Assembly (NCBI GenBank): GCA_003194435.1
Contig: PQXC01000005.1
Span: forward strand, 30,110 to 94,109
Source of the DNA: Candidatus Methanophagaceae archaeon
GTDB taxonomy: Archaea; Halobacteriota; Syntropharchaeia; Alkanophagales; Methanospirareceae
Length of the DNA stretch: 64,000 bases
Reading direction: 5' to 3'
Position 1 is the stretch's first letter; each line of letters begins with the position of its first letter. The notes under the pieces are model-generated. The model made no database searches. It was given only the letters and a program-made list of their open reading frames with translations, and was not told the origin of the DNA. Below are positions 50,717-60,537 of this stretch, piece after piece. The position numbers and the translations under genes were made by a program.

Positions 50717-51976
50717 TTAGTTCAGGTCCCCAGGGTCTGTTATTCGCCCGGTGATAGCAGAAGCGGCTACTACTGCGGGATTCGCAAGATATACCTCAGA
50801 ATCCTTATGCCCCATCCGCCCTATGAAGTTTCGGTTCGTTGTGCTTATGCAGCGCTCGCCCTTTGCGAGTACACCCAGATAGCCACCCAGGCATGCACCG
50901 CAGGTAGCGCTACAGACAAATGCACCAGCATCCACGAATATACTTATTAAACCCTCTTCAAGCGCCTGCTTCAGCACCTTCTCACTCGCGGGCACCACAA
51001 TCATCCGCACATCGGGACTCACCTTCTTGCCCTTCAATATCGCAGCAGCAGCTCTTAAATCCTCTATCCTGCCGTTTGTACAAGAACCTAAGTACGCCTG
51101 GTCAATAGGAACGTCCAGTTCGCTCGCAGGTACAGTATTAGCAGGTGAGAATGGCTTTGCAACTGTAGGGGGTATCTCCGATGCATCATACTCAAATATA
51201 GCTTCATATTCGCTATCGCTGTCGCTACCCTCGTCCGCATACACAGGTCTATAATCACCTCTCACTCGGTTACGCAGGAATCTGAATACCTTCTCATCGG
51301 GTGGTATGATTCCCGCTTTGGCACCCGCTTCTACTGCCATATTCGCAATTGTTATCCTGTCAGACAGGCTTAAATGAGTTATTGTAGAGCCATAGAACTC
51401 CATTGACCTGTATAGTGACCCTGAAACGCCTATATCGCCTATGATATGCAGGATTATATCCTTGCCCATTACGTATTCCCTGAGATTGCCATCAATAACA
51501 AACTTCTGTGTTGCCGGCACTTTGAACCATAATCTGCCGGTAGCCATTGCCGCACCCGCCTCCGTTGAGCCCACACCAGTAGAGAAAGCGCCGAGGGCGC
51601 CATAAGAGCATGTATGGGAATCCGCACCTATTATCAACCTGCCGGGAGCCACAAAACCCTCCTCTATCATTACCTGATGGCATATCCCCCCTTTACCTAT
51701 CTCGTAATAGTTCGTAATATTGTATCTACGGGCATAATTCCGCAACGCCTTCGCCTGCTCCGCTGAGGCTATATCCTTGTTTGGCACATAATGGTCCTGT
51801 ACAATAACCACTTTATCCCTCTTCGGCTCTCCCGCATTCTCGTTCACACTCTCAAGTTCTTCAAGGACCTCAAATGCGGGCACACCTGTTATATCATTAA
51901 CCATTATGTAATCAACCTCGCGTTCCACTATCTCGCCCGCTTCACCACCAAGTATCTTCTCCGCTATCGTAGCCAT
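50717..51976 (-). CDS. leuC: 3-isopropylmalate dehydratase/homoaconitase large subunit
   Basis: GADSHTC, GSCTNGR, CGACLG and STTNRNF. LeuC versus HacA cannot be resolved by eye. Confidence 0.88.
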   Translation of the reverse strand: MATIAEKILGGEAGEIVEREVDYIMVNDITGVPAFEVLEELESVNENAGEPKRDKVVIVQDHYVPNKDIASAEQAKALRNYARRYNITNYYEIGKGGICHQVMIEEGFVAPGRLIIGADSHTCSYGALGAFSTGVGSTEAGAAMATGRLWFKVPATQKFVIDGNLREYVMGKDIILHIIGDIGVSGSLYRSMEFYGSTITHLSLSDRITIANMAVEAGAKAGIIPPDEKVFRFLRNRVRGDYRPVYADEGSDSDSEYEAIFEYDASEIPPTVAKPFSPANTVPASELDVPIDQAYLGSCTNGRIEDLRAAAAILKGKKVSPDVRMIVVPASEKVLKQALEEGLISIFVDAGAFVCSATCGACLGGYLGVLAKGERCISTTNRNFIGRMGHKDSEVYLANPAVVAASAITGRITDPGDLN

Positions 51977-51995
51977 TTATATCCCCCTATAACTT

Positions 51996-52256
51996 CTATC
52001 CTTCTATCCTTCTCACAAACTCCTCCACAACCTCCAGTGGTAATTCAACCTCGCTATATGGTGCGCTGTTTAGCGCGACCCATGAGTTCAAAGCAGTGCA
52101 TATCGCCAATATCCTGTCAGCATCGAGTGTCTCGCCAATTATAAACTCGATTACAGACTCCATATTCGATATCCTGATCTCATACATAGCTTCTATCACA
52201 CTTAAAAGCTCTTTTATATGCATACGCGCCTTCGATTCCTCTTCTTCCATTGCCAT
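51996..52256 (-). CDS. Hypothetical protein
   Basis: 86-aa ORF co-oriented with and 20 bp upstream of leuC. Confidence 0.6.
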   Translation of the reverse strand: MAMEEEESKARMHIKELLSVIEAMYEIRISNMESVIEFIIGETLDADRILAICTALNSWVALNSAPYSEVELPLEVVEEFVRRIEG

Positions 52257-52364
52257 CTATATAAGACAGGAAAAAATAAATAATCCCATAGTATAAAAAG
52301 AATGTATCTTCATGGAGTGATGGAAAATTTTATCATCACTGACCGATTATAATTAAGATGTGCT

Positions 52365-53051
52365 ATGAATGAACGGATATATATACTATATCACGGATCG
52401 TTTGGTGAGTTGGTAACCGAGCACCTGGCTACAAGCGAATTCGCAGACCGGATTGTCGGGTTCTATGACCTCAAAGTCGCATCTGTATCACTTGACGAGC
52501 CAGAGCGAGATATGCCCGATGATATACCACTGCCAGAATGTGACCTGCTACTTGTGCTTGGGATACTGCCCAAAGCCGGTGACCTCGTGCCTATTATTGC
52601 AGCTAAGACGTGTGCGAAGGCGGTTCTGTGGCCCATTGAGGACCCGAACCTGATACCCGAGGGTAGATATTCAATAGAGGAGGAACTGAAGAATATGGGT
52701 GTACATGTGGAATTTCCGGAACCGTTCTGCGCACTGGAGCGAAGCGATGATGGGCTGGTGAATTCTTTCGCCTCCGCATTTGGTAAACCCAGGTTTGAAT
52801 TGAAAGTTAACGAGAAGAAGAAGATAATCGAGGTGGCAAAAGTCATCAGGGACACACCTTGTGGCTCAGCATCAAAAATCGCTCCGAGACTCGCTGGACT
52901 CGCATACAACGATTTGAAGTCATTTGAGGAGCAAGTCGGGCAGATGCATGATAACGAGTGCGTGGCGTATATGGGTCCTGACCGACCGATAATGCAGCAG
53001 GCGGGTGAATTACTGATCAAAGCACTGAAAGATGCATTGCCCGAATCCTGA
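52365..53051 (+). CDS. DUF166-like conserved archaeal protein
   Basis: FPEPFCAL, FGKP and RDTPCGS pattern. Confidence 0.65.
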   Translation: MNERIYILYHGSFGELVTEHLATSEFADRIVGFYDLKVASVSLDEPERDMPDDIPLPECDLLLVLGILPKAGDLVPIIAAKTCAKAVLWPIEDPNLIPEGRYSIEEELKNMGVHVEFPEPFCALERSDDGLVNSFASAFGKPRFELKVNEKKKIIEVAKVIRDTPCGSASKIAPRLAGLAYNDLKSFEEQVGQMHDNECVAYMGPDRPIMQQAGELLIKALKDALPES

Positions 53052-53161
53052 ATAATGTCGTCAGGAAAAGAAAAATGAAAATAAAAAGGGGTTATAAAAA
53101 ATCCCCCTTCTAAATCTCTTAACTTTTGTTTTGTTCTTGTTTTTGCTCTTGCTCTTCTTCC

Positions 53162-56100
53162 CTACTTCTTCCTCCTCTGCACTACATACACGACTGCAAT
53201 CGCAATCAAGCTCGCAATTGTGAATATCGCTTCGTAACCCGGTATGGGCTTCGGTGTTGGTGTGGGTGTAGCCGGTGCAGGTGTCGGTACAGGTGTAGGT
53301 TTAAGTGTGGGTTTCGGTGTTGGTGATATAACCGGCGCTGTTGTGGGTGCTGGTGCTGCTGGCATTAACGCTTTACATGCGGCGCATTCCGGGTTGGGAT
53401 CGCACGGGTCCTTAGGATCGGTACCCTGAAGCATCTCCTCTATGTCGGTGATGCCATCTCCATCAGTGTCACGTGGTCCTCCGCCGCCACCGCCACCAGC
53501 AACTCTTGGTCGGGGTGTTGGTGTGGGATTCCCAAATGGAGCAATCTGACTGAAACTCGTTACGTTCGCATAGACATAATTCTCCTCCGTGTTGACATTG
53601 CTTCCCTGAATCACTTCCCACTCTGTTTCAGTCCGGTTCCAGTGGTATAATCTCAAGCTATTCTCTACAACGTTGGCAACATCAGCATCCTCGTAGCTCA
53701 CGTTCAAGAATATCCAAGAATTTTCGCTCACATCATATACATCCACGTATTTACCGATGTTCCTCTTCCCGACAGGATCTGAATATGGATCTGTTACAGA
53801 CGCTATTCTGATTCCATTATCGTAAGTGAACGAAATCGTAGTTGGATAGCTGCTTATCGTGAGATATTCGACAATGTTGTTGTGTGAATCTTCGTCTGAT
53901 TCGACAATGTTGCTATGTTTGTATAAATCGTCTGAGTAGAATATCATTCCAGGTAGACCATCCCATCGAGTGAGTCCACTTGATGCCGTGATGTTTGTCA
54001 GCATGTTGTTACTCGAGTTCTCCAGGTAAATGCCAGACCCGATGTTCGATGCGGTGATATTCATGAGTGTGTTATTGTTAGATTCTACCATGTAGATACC
54101 GACTAAGTTGTTCGATGAATTGATGTTCTTTATCGTACTGTTGTCGGTTCCATAGAGTTTTACGCCAACATCTGAATTCGATAAGTTGAGATTCTTCGCT
54201 GTGATATTATCGCAGTTCACGAGTATAACCTGTCCAGCATTTGTAATTGTCTGATCTGCTGCATCTTCGAGATAAGCAAGAGGCTTGCCGTTTACTGTAT
54301 TACCCTGCACGGTGTTTTCATAGGACTCATAAACAATAAGTCCATCGTTTACAAAAGTGTTGTTTGCAAGCTTAATGTGGCTCGAATCTGCAAAGATGAC
54401 GCCGACTTCATTGTCCGAGACTTCATTGTCTGTGAGCGTGTTGTTGCTCGATTCTCCTAACTGGATACCGTCCCGGTTGTTCGATACGTCGTTGTTTGTA
54501 AGTGAGTTGTTGCTCGAATCATGCAAGCCGATACCGAGTTCATTGTTCGATGCGCTGTTGTTCATGAGCGTATTATTGTTCGATTCGGCTAAGTAGATGC
54601 CACCCCAGTTATTCGATACGATGTTGTTCATGAGCGCGTTATTGCTTGAATTCATCAAGTAGATACCGAGTTCATTGTTCGATGCGCTGTTGTTCATGAG
54701 TGTATTATTGCTCGAATCCTGCAAGTCGATACCGATCTCGTTATTCGACATAGTGATGTTCATGAGTGTATTATTGTTCGATTCTTCTAAGTAGATGCCA
54801 CCCTGGTTATTCGATACGATGTTGTTCATGAGCGTGTTATTGCTCGAATCCTTCAAGACGATACCGAGTCCATTGTTCGATGCGTTGTTGTTAGAGATAT
54901 TACAAAACTCCACATCATCAAGCCATATTCCGGCATGCTCTGTTGCACCTGTAATCATGAACCCGCTTATGTTTACGTAGTCAACGGTCACATTGAATAC
55001 ATGCTCGCTTGCGTTTGCTGCCTGAACGATCGTATCCGAAGGATTCCCAGAAGTAGACCTGATTGTCAGTTGTTTGTAGACATACACATTCTCGGTGTAT
55101 ATGCCTGCGTCCATCGTAATTGTATGTCCATCTATTGTATTAACGGCATCTATTGCCGCCTGAATCGTTGAGAAGTCCTCGCCAGTATCTATATTGTGGA
55201 CTGGTGGTGTTGGCATCGTTGCGGTTAGCGTTGTCGTACCATCCGCGTATCCGGTCCTGTTTGCCGTAACGTTTAGCGTGCCCTCCATCGTCGCATTGAC
55301 CCACAGAGTTACCTGTCCTGTCGCATTCGTCAGTCCGCTCTCGTTTACTCCACAGCCGCTCACATTGACCGTTGCATTATCAACCGCTGCTCCTGCTGAT
55401 GTGACATTGAACACTACACTCGTGTTCTCGCCCACGTAAACGACCGCTGGGGTCGCTGTCACCGTCAATGCTGCTCTCTCAAGCGTAATATTGAAATTAT
55501 ACAGCCCGCCGTTATCAATCTCTTCTTGAGTTATCACATGTTCAATGTTTTTCGTTTGGTTCCCTGAAGGGCTCTTCGCATCGAACCGCAACGTATCTCC
55601 TGCCATCACATCAACAGTGCTGCTAAGCACGAGCTGATAGTAGTTAGTGCTTGCATTTCTCTCCGCAGACCAATTCTCGCCTGTGTTCACGTTCGTTATG
55701 TTCACAATCGGATAGTTGCACGCGGTGTTATTCTCGTAAAATACGTATCCGTAAACCATGAACGATGTTGGTGGCAGTACGCTATTCGGCTGACACGGTG
55801 TTCCACCGACTCTCTTGCTCTCTTCCCAGCCACCGGACGCATTCAACTCGAGTGTTTTGTTATTCGTCTTTGCCATACCTTGTAATGCATACTGTGTATA
55901 GTTTACGGTATCACTTACATTTCCTTGACTATCGTTCAGAAATATCGTCTCGCCATCGTTAAGAAGCGAAATCGCAACTTTTACCACCGGGCAAACAACT
56001 CTTGGATAGATTTTCTTGAACTTGGTATCGTTTCTTGCAATAATTAAGTAATCACCGGGTTGTATTTCTGCTTTGGGTATCGTTTTGTTATCTATTGTCC

Positions 56101-56329
56101 AACCTGTAATGTTCACAGATTGCGACCCATTATTGTATAGCTCAATCCATTCATTGTATTGCCCTCCCCACGTGCTACTCGGTGCATACATTATCTCAGT
56201 GATGATTACACTATCGCCTGCTCCTGTTGAACTCGTAGCTACTCCTGCTGACATAACTCCCGATATCACACTCGTCAAAATCGCAAGCATAACCAGGCAA
56301 CTCGACACTTTCTTTATCATTTTAGTCAT
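53162..56329 (-). CDS. Surface protein: lamin-tail domain, NosD/parallel beta-helix repeats, PGF-CTERM-like anchor
   Basis: IITEIMY..EWIELYN, repeated SNNNTLMNN units, a PT-rich linker, and PGYEAIF + TM + RRKK. Confidence 0.85.
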   Translation of the reverse strand: MTKMIKKVSSCLVMLAILTSVISGVMSAGVATSSTGAGDSVIITEIMYAPSSTWGGQYNEWIELYNNGSQSVNITGWTIDNKTIPKAEIQPGDYLIIARNDTKFKKIYPRVVCPVVKVAISLLNDGETIFLNDSQGNVSDTVNYTQYALQGMAKTNNKTLELNASGGWEESKRVGGTPCQPNSVLPPTSFMVYGYVFYENNTACNYPIVNITNVNTGENWSAERNASTNYYQLVLSSTVDVMAGDTLRFDAKSPSGNQTKNIEHVITQEEIDNGGLYNFNITLERAALTVTATPAVVYVGENTSVVFNVTSAGAAVDNATVNVSGCGVNESGLTNATGQVTLWVNATMEGTLNVTANRTGYADGTTTLTATMPTPPVHNIDTGEDFSTIQAAIDAVNTIDGHTITMDAGIYTENVYVYKQLTIRSTSGNPSDTIVQAANASEHVFNVTVDYVNISGFMITGATEHAGIWLDDVEFCNISNNNASNNGLGIVLKDSSNNTLMNNIVSNNQGGIYLEESNNNTLMNITMSNNEIGIDLQDSSNNTLMNNSASNNELGIYLMNSSNNALMNNIVSNNWGGIYLAESNNNTLMNNSASNNELGIGLHDSSNNSLTNNDVSNNRDGIQLGESSNNTLTDNEVSDNEVGVIFADSSHIKLANNTFVNDGLIVYESYENTVQGNTVNGKPLAYLEDAADQTITNAGQVILVNCDNITAKNLNLSNSDVGVKLYGTDNSTIKNINSSNNLVGIYMVESNNNTLMNITASNIGSGIYLENSSNNMLTNITASSGLTRWDGLPGMIFYSDDLYKHSNIVESDEDSHNNIVEYLTISSYPTTISFTYDNGIRIASVTDPYSDPVGKRNIGKYVDVYDVSENSWIFLNVSYEDADVANVVENSLRLYHWNRTETEWEVIQGSNVNTEENYVYANVTSFSQIAPFGNPTPTPRPRVAGGGGGGGPRDTDGDGITDIEEMLQGTDPKDPCDPNPECAACKALMPAAPAPTTAPVISPTPKPTLKPTPVPTPAPATPTPTPKPIPGYEAIFTIASLIAIAVVYVVQRRKK

Positions 56330-56691
56330 TTTTATCCCTCTAAGATTTCCTGTTAGCCGAATTTTAGGTTAAATCTACGATATATTTAAAACTTCCGATT
56401 GCTTGATTGTTTAATATAAACTTTTGGGTGGCTTTGATTCCCGTGCATGATTTTCATCCCCCGCACTCTTATACCCCACCCTATACCAGTGTAACAAACA
56501 GTTACAGTTAGCTGTGATTTGTTCAAACTTTTACTTTACTTCGCTTTTAGCAAAGAGAAACTACCTGTAATCGTGCCTGATCTTGCCTTGTGGTTAATAA
56601 AAAAGAAAAAAATAAAAAAGAAAATAAAAATCTCCTGAACGGTTCAGTTTCGATTTTTTTCTTTGGTTTGTTTACTGTTACCGTTTAACGT

Positions 56692-59600
56692 TTACTTCCG
56701 CCTTTTCCTCTGCACTAAGTACGCCACTGCTAACAAGCCCGCAATCATGAATACCGCTTCGTAACCAGGTGTGGGCTTCGGTGTTGGTGTGGGTGTAGCT
56801 GGTGCAGGTGTCGGTACAGGTGTAGGTTTAACAGTGGGTTTCGGTGTTGGTGATACGACCGGCGCTGTTGTGGGTGCTGGTGTTGTTGGCATTAACGCTT
56901 TACATGCGGCGCATTCCGGATTCGGGTCGCACGGGTCATTAGGATCGGTACCCTGAAGCATCTCCTCTATATCCGTGATGCCATCTCCATCACTGTCACG
57001 TGGTGCTCCTCCGCCGCCACCACCGCCAGCGACTCTTGGTCGGGGTGTTGGTGTTGGTGGTATTTTCACTTTGGTTATTGTCGAAACCGTATCTGTAACA
57101 TTTTTATCTGCCTCTGAGGTAGCGGTAACATTCACAATGTACGTTCCTGCTGCTTCATCTCTCACAGTAAGCAATACAACTCGTTTGGCTCCTGCAGAAA
57201 GATTTTGTATTGTAGATGTGTTCAGTATTGCTATGTCCGCATTGCTTACGTTATCAACCGTTAGTGTATAGTTATCGGTATTGGTCCCCAGATTCTTCAC
57301 GGTGAGTGTGTAAGTTGCATCCTCGTTCGGCTTGACCGTTTTTTCTGCTGGCTCAGCAGTCATGTAAACATAATATGGTGTGGTCAATGTCTTTGCAGTG
57401 TCATTCACCCATGTCTGGTTTATATTTCCATGTGTATCCACGGTGCGAGTGGAAATCGTATATGATGTGTTTGGTAAAAGCTCGGTAGCGTTGTAATACG
57501 GCACAGACGTGTTCGTCTTCCATGTACCGTTCAGATATACCATTACATAACCGAAATCAGAATCCAGTGGGTTCGTCCAGGTCCAGTTAATCCATGTAAC
57601 ACCTGAGGTCTTATTTAAGTTACTAACGCTGGCGGGCGGTGTTGTATCTTCTACAACAGCACTTTTCAGCACCAGTTCTTCTCTAAGAACACCATTAATA
57701 TAACTCTGATACTTAGGAATCTTCGCTATTCCATGGTCGCTTATCCAGTACTTCGCTGTAATGGTCAAATTCGAACCCGATACCGAAATGCTGGCATTGT
57801 TCTCCACCACCAAGCAACGAAGTTCACCGTAAGGCGTTGTCAGATTCTCTTCGCCCGTTACTTTCCCTTCTATCTCCGCAGTTATATCATCAACTTGAGT
57901 CGTTGCACCTGCAACTGTAACTGTACCACTAACATTTATAGTTGATGCCCATGTTTTCCCTACCCATAAGGGGTAGTTAAGCATCGTGTACTCTGGATTG
58001 AATGTCAGATTCGTTATTCCTGTTTCGTCCTTCATTACCAGACGTTTCATTGTAAAGTTCTTCGCTGTCTCGTTTATGCCTACATACATCTCCGTGCCAC
58101 CCACTAACTTGCTTATATTCAGCACATAGTAGAGTTTGGAATCAATCGTAGCAGTTTCAGCGAAGAATACTATCGTCGCGTTTTTACCCACATTGGTTGA
58201 CATCGAGTCGTTAGTAACGTTAGCTATGTATGTGGTCCCATAAGGTATCACCGAGAATGGAATCTCAAATCTAACTATAGGCTTGAAGTTCGCCGTGATG
58301 GTATAGTTGTCATTCATCGTTATGCTTGTCTCTGAAGCATTCACATCCTCTATCGTATCTACATCGCCTGTCCAGTTAACGAAGACATAGCCTGTATCTG
58401 CTACTGCTTTCAGTGCAACTACCGTATCGGCATCGTAGGTATGTGTCCCCTCGCTTGGCTCTGTTACGTTACCACCAGCAGTACTTGTAATTGTCAGTGT
58501 GTATGTTACAGGTGTTTTTATCCTAACCGTCAGGCTCTTCGTTGACTCTACATTTGCCGTCTCGTTCTTGTCCACCGAATAGTAGTATATCGTGGTGCTA
58601 CCTTCATCTGATACTGTCACGTTAAACGAATCCCCGAACGTATCATTCTTGTAAATCGTGAGATTACCGGTACCTATCTCTGGTATGGTCACCTCTGTAC
58701 CATTCAAATTAACGGTTACCTGCGCAGACGCCGATAGATTAGTATAATTAACGCCAGAACCGTGAAGCATACCACCGCCAGTATCAGTACGAAGAAATTT
58801 TAGCGTTACTGGCGCACTTGACCAGTTCAGTATGTGCGATGACGGTATCGGGCTCGGCTCACCGGTAAGTTCCGGTGCTGTTACGCTGGTTGTCGGCGGT
58901 GTACTATCCACACCCACCACTTGCGGCTCTTCTAATACCACATCTCTTGTCCTCTCGTTGTTTCCTGTGTTGTTATCTACTGGGATTGTTGCTTTCACTT
59001 TTATCGTGTATGTGCCCGATACAAGACCCGATGTGTTCCATGGATCACTGTAAGTATTAGATTCGCCCATATTTACCGCATACGTATGTGTTGCAATAGT
59101 TTCATTCCAGCCCGTAGCGTTTGCAACACTCACCGTAACATTAACCGATTCGTTGAAGCTGCCCGCGTTCGTAAGTTTATATCTGATTTTGTAAGTTTCG
59201 CCAATCGTTAAGTTCTCATCAGCTCCCACTACATCTGTCCCATCACGTGTTACCTTTATCCCGTTTACTGCACCTGAGTAATCGATTGAGACGTTTATGT
59301 CATGGATTTGTACTACTTCACCTATCTTAAACGTGCCGTTTACCGGTGTTGCAGCTATTTCTCCATTACTGGAACTGACTAACTTACCGATCTCTACATT
59401 AAGAGGACTCATGTCACCATTGTTCCCAACTGCTTTTAATGTGAGCGTTGCCAGTACAACTGTACCATTTAGAGATGGTTTCTGGAAGATGTTAACGGTA
59501 TAGAAGCGCACTTTATTGGGTGCGGTGCGTTCCCAAAAAAACGTCCCAACTCCAGGCCCTGCACTTATGTTTGTAACATTCACTACATCAGGATTGAACG

Positions 59601-59823
59601 TTACGCTTATCCCAAAGTTAGCGAGATCTTCGATATCATAAGCTGTAACTGACGTATTGGTCGTATCTCCTGTATTCTGTACAGTGACATTCGCAATTTT
59701 TATTGTTGGTTGACTTGCTAGGTTAGAAGTAAGTGCCATAGATAGAGAGGTAACCACTGCTATCGCTATAATCGCCGTTGCTAACACTGGTAACCCAGTT
59801 TTTGCTTTTTTATCTTTTTTCAT
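56692..59823 (-). CDS. Surface protein with an N-terminal cohesin-like domain, CARDB/Ig-like repeats and PGF-CTERM-like anchor
   Basis: Cohesin-like ISVTFNPDVVNV..LATLTLKAVG..SPLNV..NGTF; tail PGYEAVF + TM + RKRRK. Confidence 0.75.
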   Translation of the reverse strand: MKKDKKAKTGLPVLATAIIAIAVVTSLSMALTSNLASQPTIKIANVTVQNTGDTTNTSVTAYDIEDLANFGISVTFNPDVVNVTNISAGPGVGTFFWERTAPNKVRFYTVNIFQKPSLNGTVVLATLTLKAVGNNGDMSPLNVEIGKLVSSSNGEIAATPVNGTFKIGEVVQIHDINVSIDYSGAVNGIKVTRDGTDVVGADENLTIGETYKIRYKLTNAGSFNESVNVTVSVANATGWNETIATHTYAVNMGESNTYSDPWNTSGLVSGTYTIKVKATIPVDNNTGNNERTRDVVLEEPQVVGVDSTPPTTSVTAPELTGEPSPIPSSHILNWSSAPVTLKFLRTDTGGGMLHGSGVNYTNLSASAQVTVNLNGTEVTIPEIGTGNLTIYKNDTFGDSFNVTVSDEGSTTIYYYSVDKNETANVESTKSLTVRIKTPVTYTLTITSTAGGNVTEPSEGTHTYDADTVVALKAVADTGYVFVNWTGDVDTIEDVNASETSITMNDNYTITANFKPIVRFEIPFSVIPYGTTYIANVTNDSMSTNVGKNATIVFFAETATIDSKLYYVLNISKLVGGTEMYVGINETAKNFTMKRLVMKDETGITNLTFNPEYTMLNYPLWVGKTWASTINVSGTVTVAGATTQVDDITAEIEGKVTGEENLTTPYGELRCLVVENNASISVSGSNLTITAKYWISDHGIAKIPKYQSYINGVLREELVLKSAVVEDTTPPASVSNLNKTSGVTWINWTWTNPLDSDFGYVMVYLNGTWKTNTSVPYYNATELLPNTSYTISTRTVDTHGNINQTWVNDTAKTLTTPYYVYMTAEPAEKTVKPNEDATYTLTVKNLGTNTDNYTLTVDNVSNADIAILNTSTIQNLSAGAKRVVLLTVRDEAAGTYIVNVTATSEADKNVTDTVSTITKVKIPPTPTPRPRVAGGGGGGGAPRDSDGDGITDIEEMLQGTDPNDPCDPNPECAACKALMPTTPAPTTAPVVSPTPKPTVKPTPVPTPAPATPTPTPKPTPGYEAVFMIAGLLAVAYLVQRKRRK

Positions 59824-59850
59824 TTTTTCCCTTTCACCTCCTAATCGTTA

Positions 59851-60534
59851 TTATGGGTATATCGGATCCCCAAAGTAAATATGTTTTGCCAACGCAACAA
59901 CATCGCTGAAAGCGACTTCTCCATCTCCGTTCACATCAGGTTCGTCACTCACGGGATCCCCAAAGTAAATATGTTTTGCCAACGCAACAACATCGCTGAA
60001 AGCGACTTCTCCATCTCCATTCATGTCTCCCCTTGCGATCTTTACTTTTACCACGTTTGCATCACTCGCGGCTTTATTACCTCTTATATCATTTGCGTAA
60101 ACTACGTAGCTGTAATTGCCGTTTGGTAAAGGAACGTACTGGAATAAAGAGTGATTAAAGGCAGAAACTCTATAAGAAAATTTATTGTCACCGATCATGT
60201 ACATTGTTCTGTTGTTCAGCTTTTCCAAGCGTTGAAATGCCTCATTCCAGACGTCCAAGAAGTATCCTGTTGCATCCCATACCGAAGTATTGACCATGTC
60301 TACAAAACCACTTCTATCATCGGAGGAATCTATGGGATCTACAACTTCTGCTGTGATGTTTATGTAACCCGTGGTGTTTACCGATAATGGCGCTGGCTCT
60401 ATAATCTGAATTGTTGGTGGCGTGGTATCTTCTGCTTGAACTGAGGCTATCACTCCTACGGCGCAACAAAATATAACCCACCCTACTACTGCTATACTCC
60501 CCAGTCCTTTATCAGTCATTTTTTCTATTCTCAC
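59851..60534 (-). CDS. Secreted dockerin-domain protein
   Basis: GDMNGDGEVAFSDVVALAKHI and DVNGDGEVAFSDVVALAKHI; signal peptide. Confidence 0.85.
   Translation of the reverse strand: MRIEKMTDKGLGSIAVVGWVIFCCAVGVIASVQAEDTTPPTIQIIEPAPLSVNTTGYINITAEVVDPIDSSDDRSGFVDMVNTSVWDATGYFLDVWNEAFQRLEKLNNRTMYMIGDNKFSYRVSAFNHSLFQYVPLPNGNYSYVVYANDIRGNKAASDANVVKVKIARGDMNGDGEVAFSDVVALAKHIYFGDPVSDEPDVNGDGEVAFSDVVALAKHIYFGDPIYP
59864..60018. repeat. Perfect 65-bp direct repeat (period 90) encoding the two dockerin halves
   Basis: 59864-59928 is identical to 59954-60018. Confidence 0.9.
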
Positions 60535-60537
60535 CTC

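Noticed and set aside
52316..52340. Palindrome AGTGATG-N11-CATCACT between divergent genes
   Set aside because: A plausible operator, but a single 7-bp-arm instance with no supporting copy.
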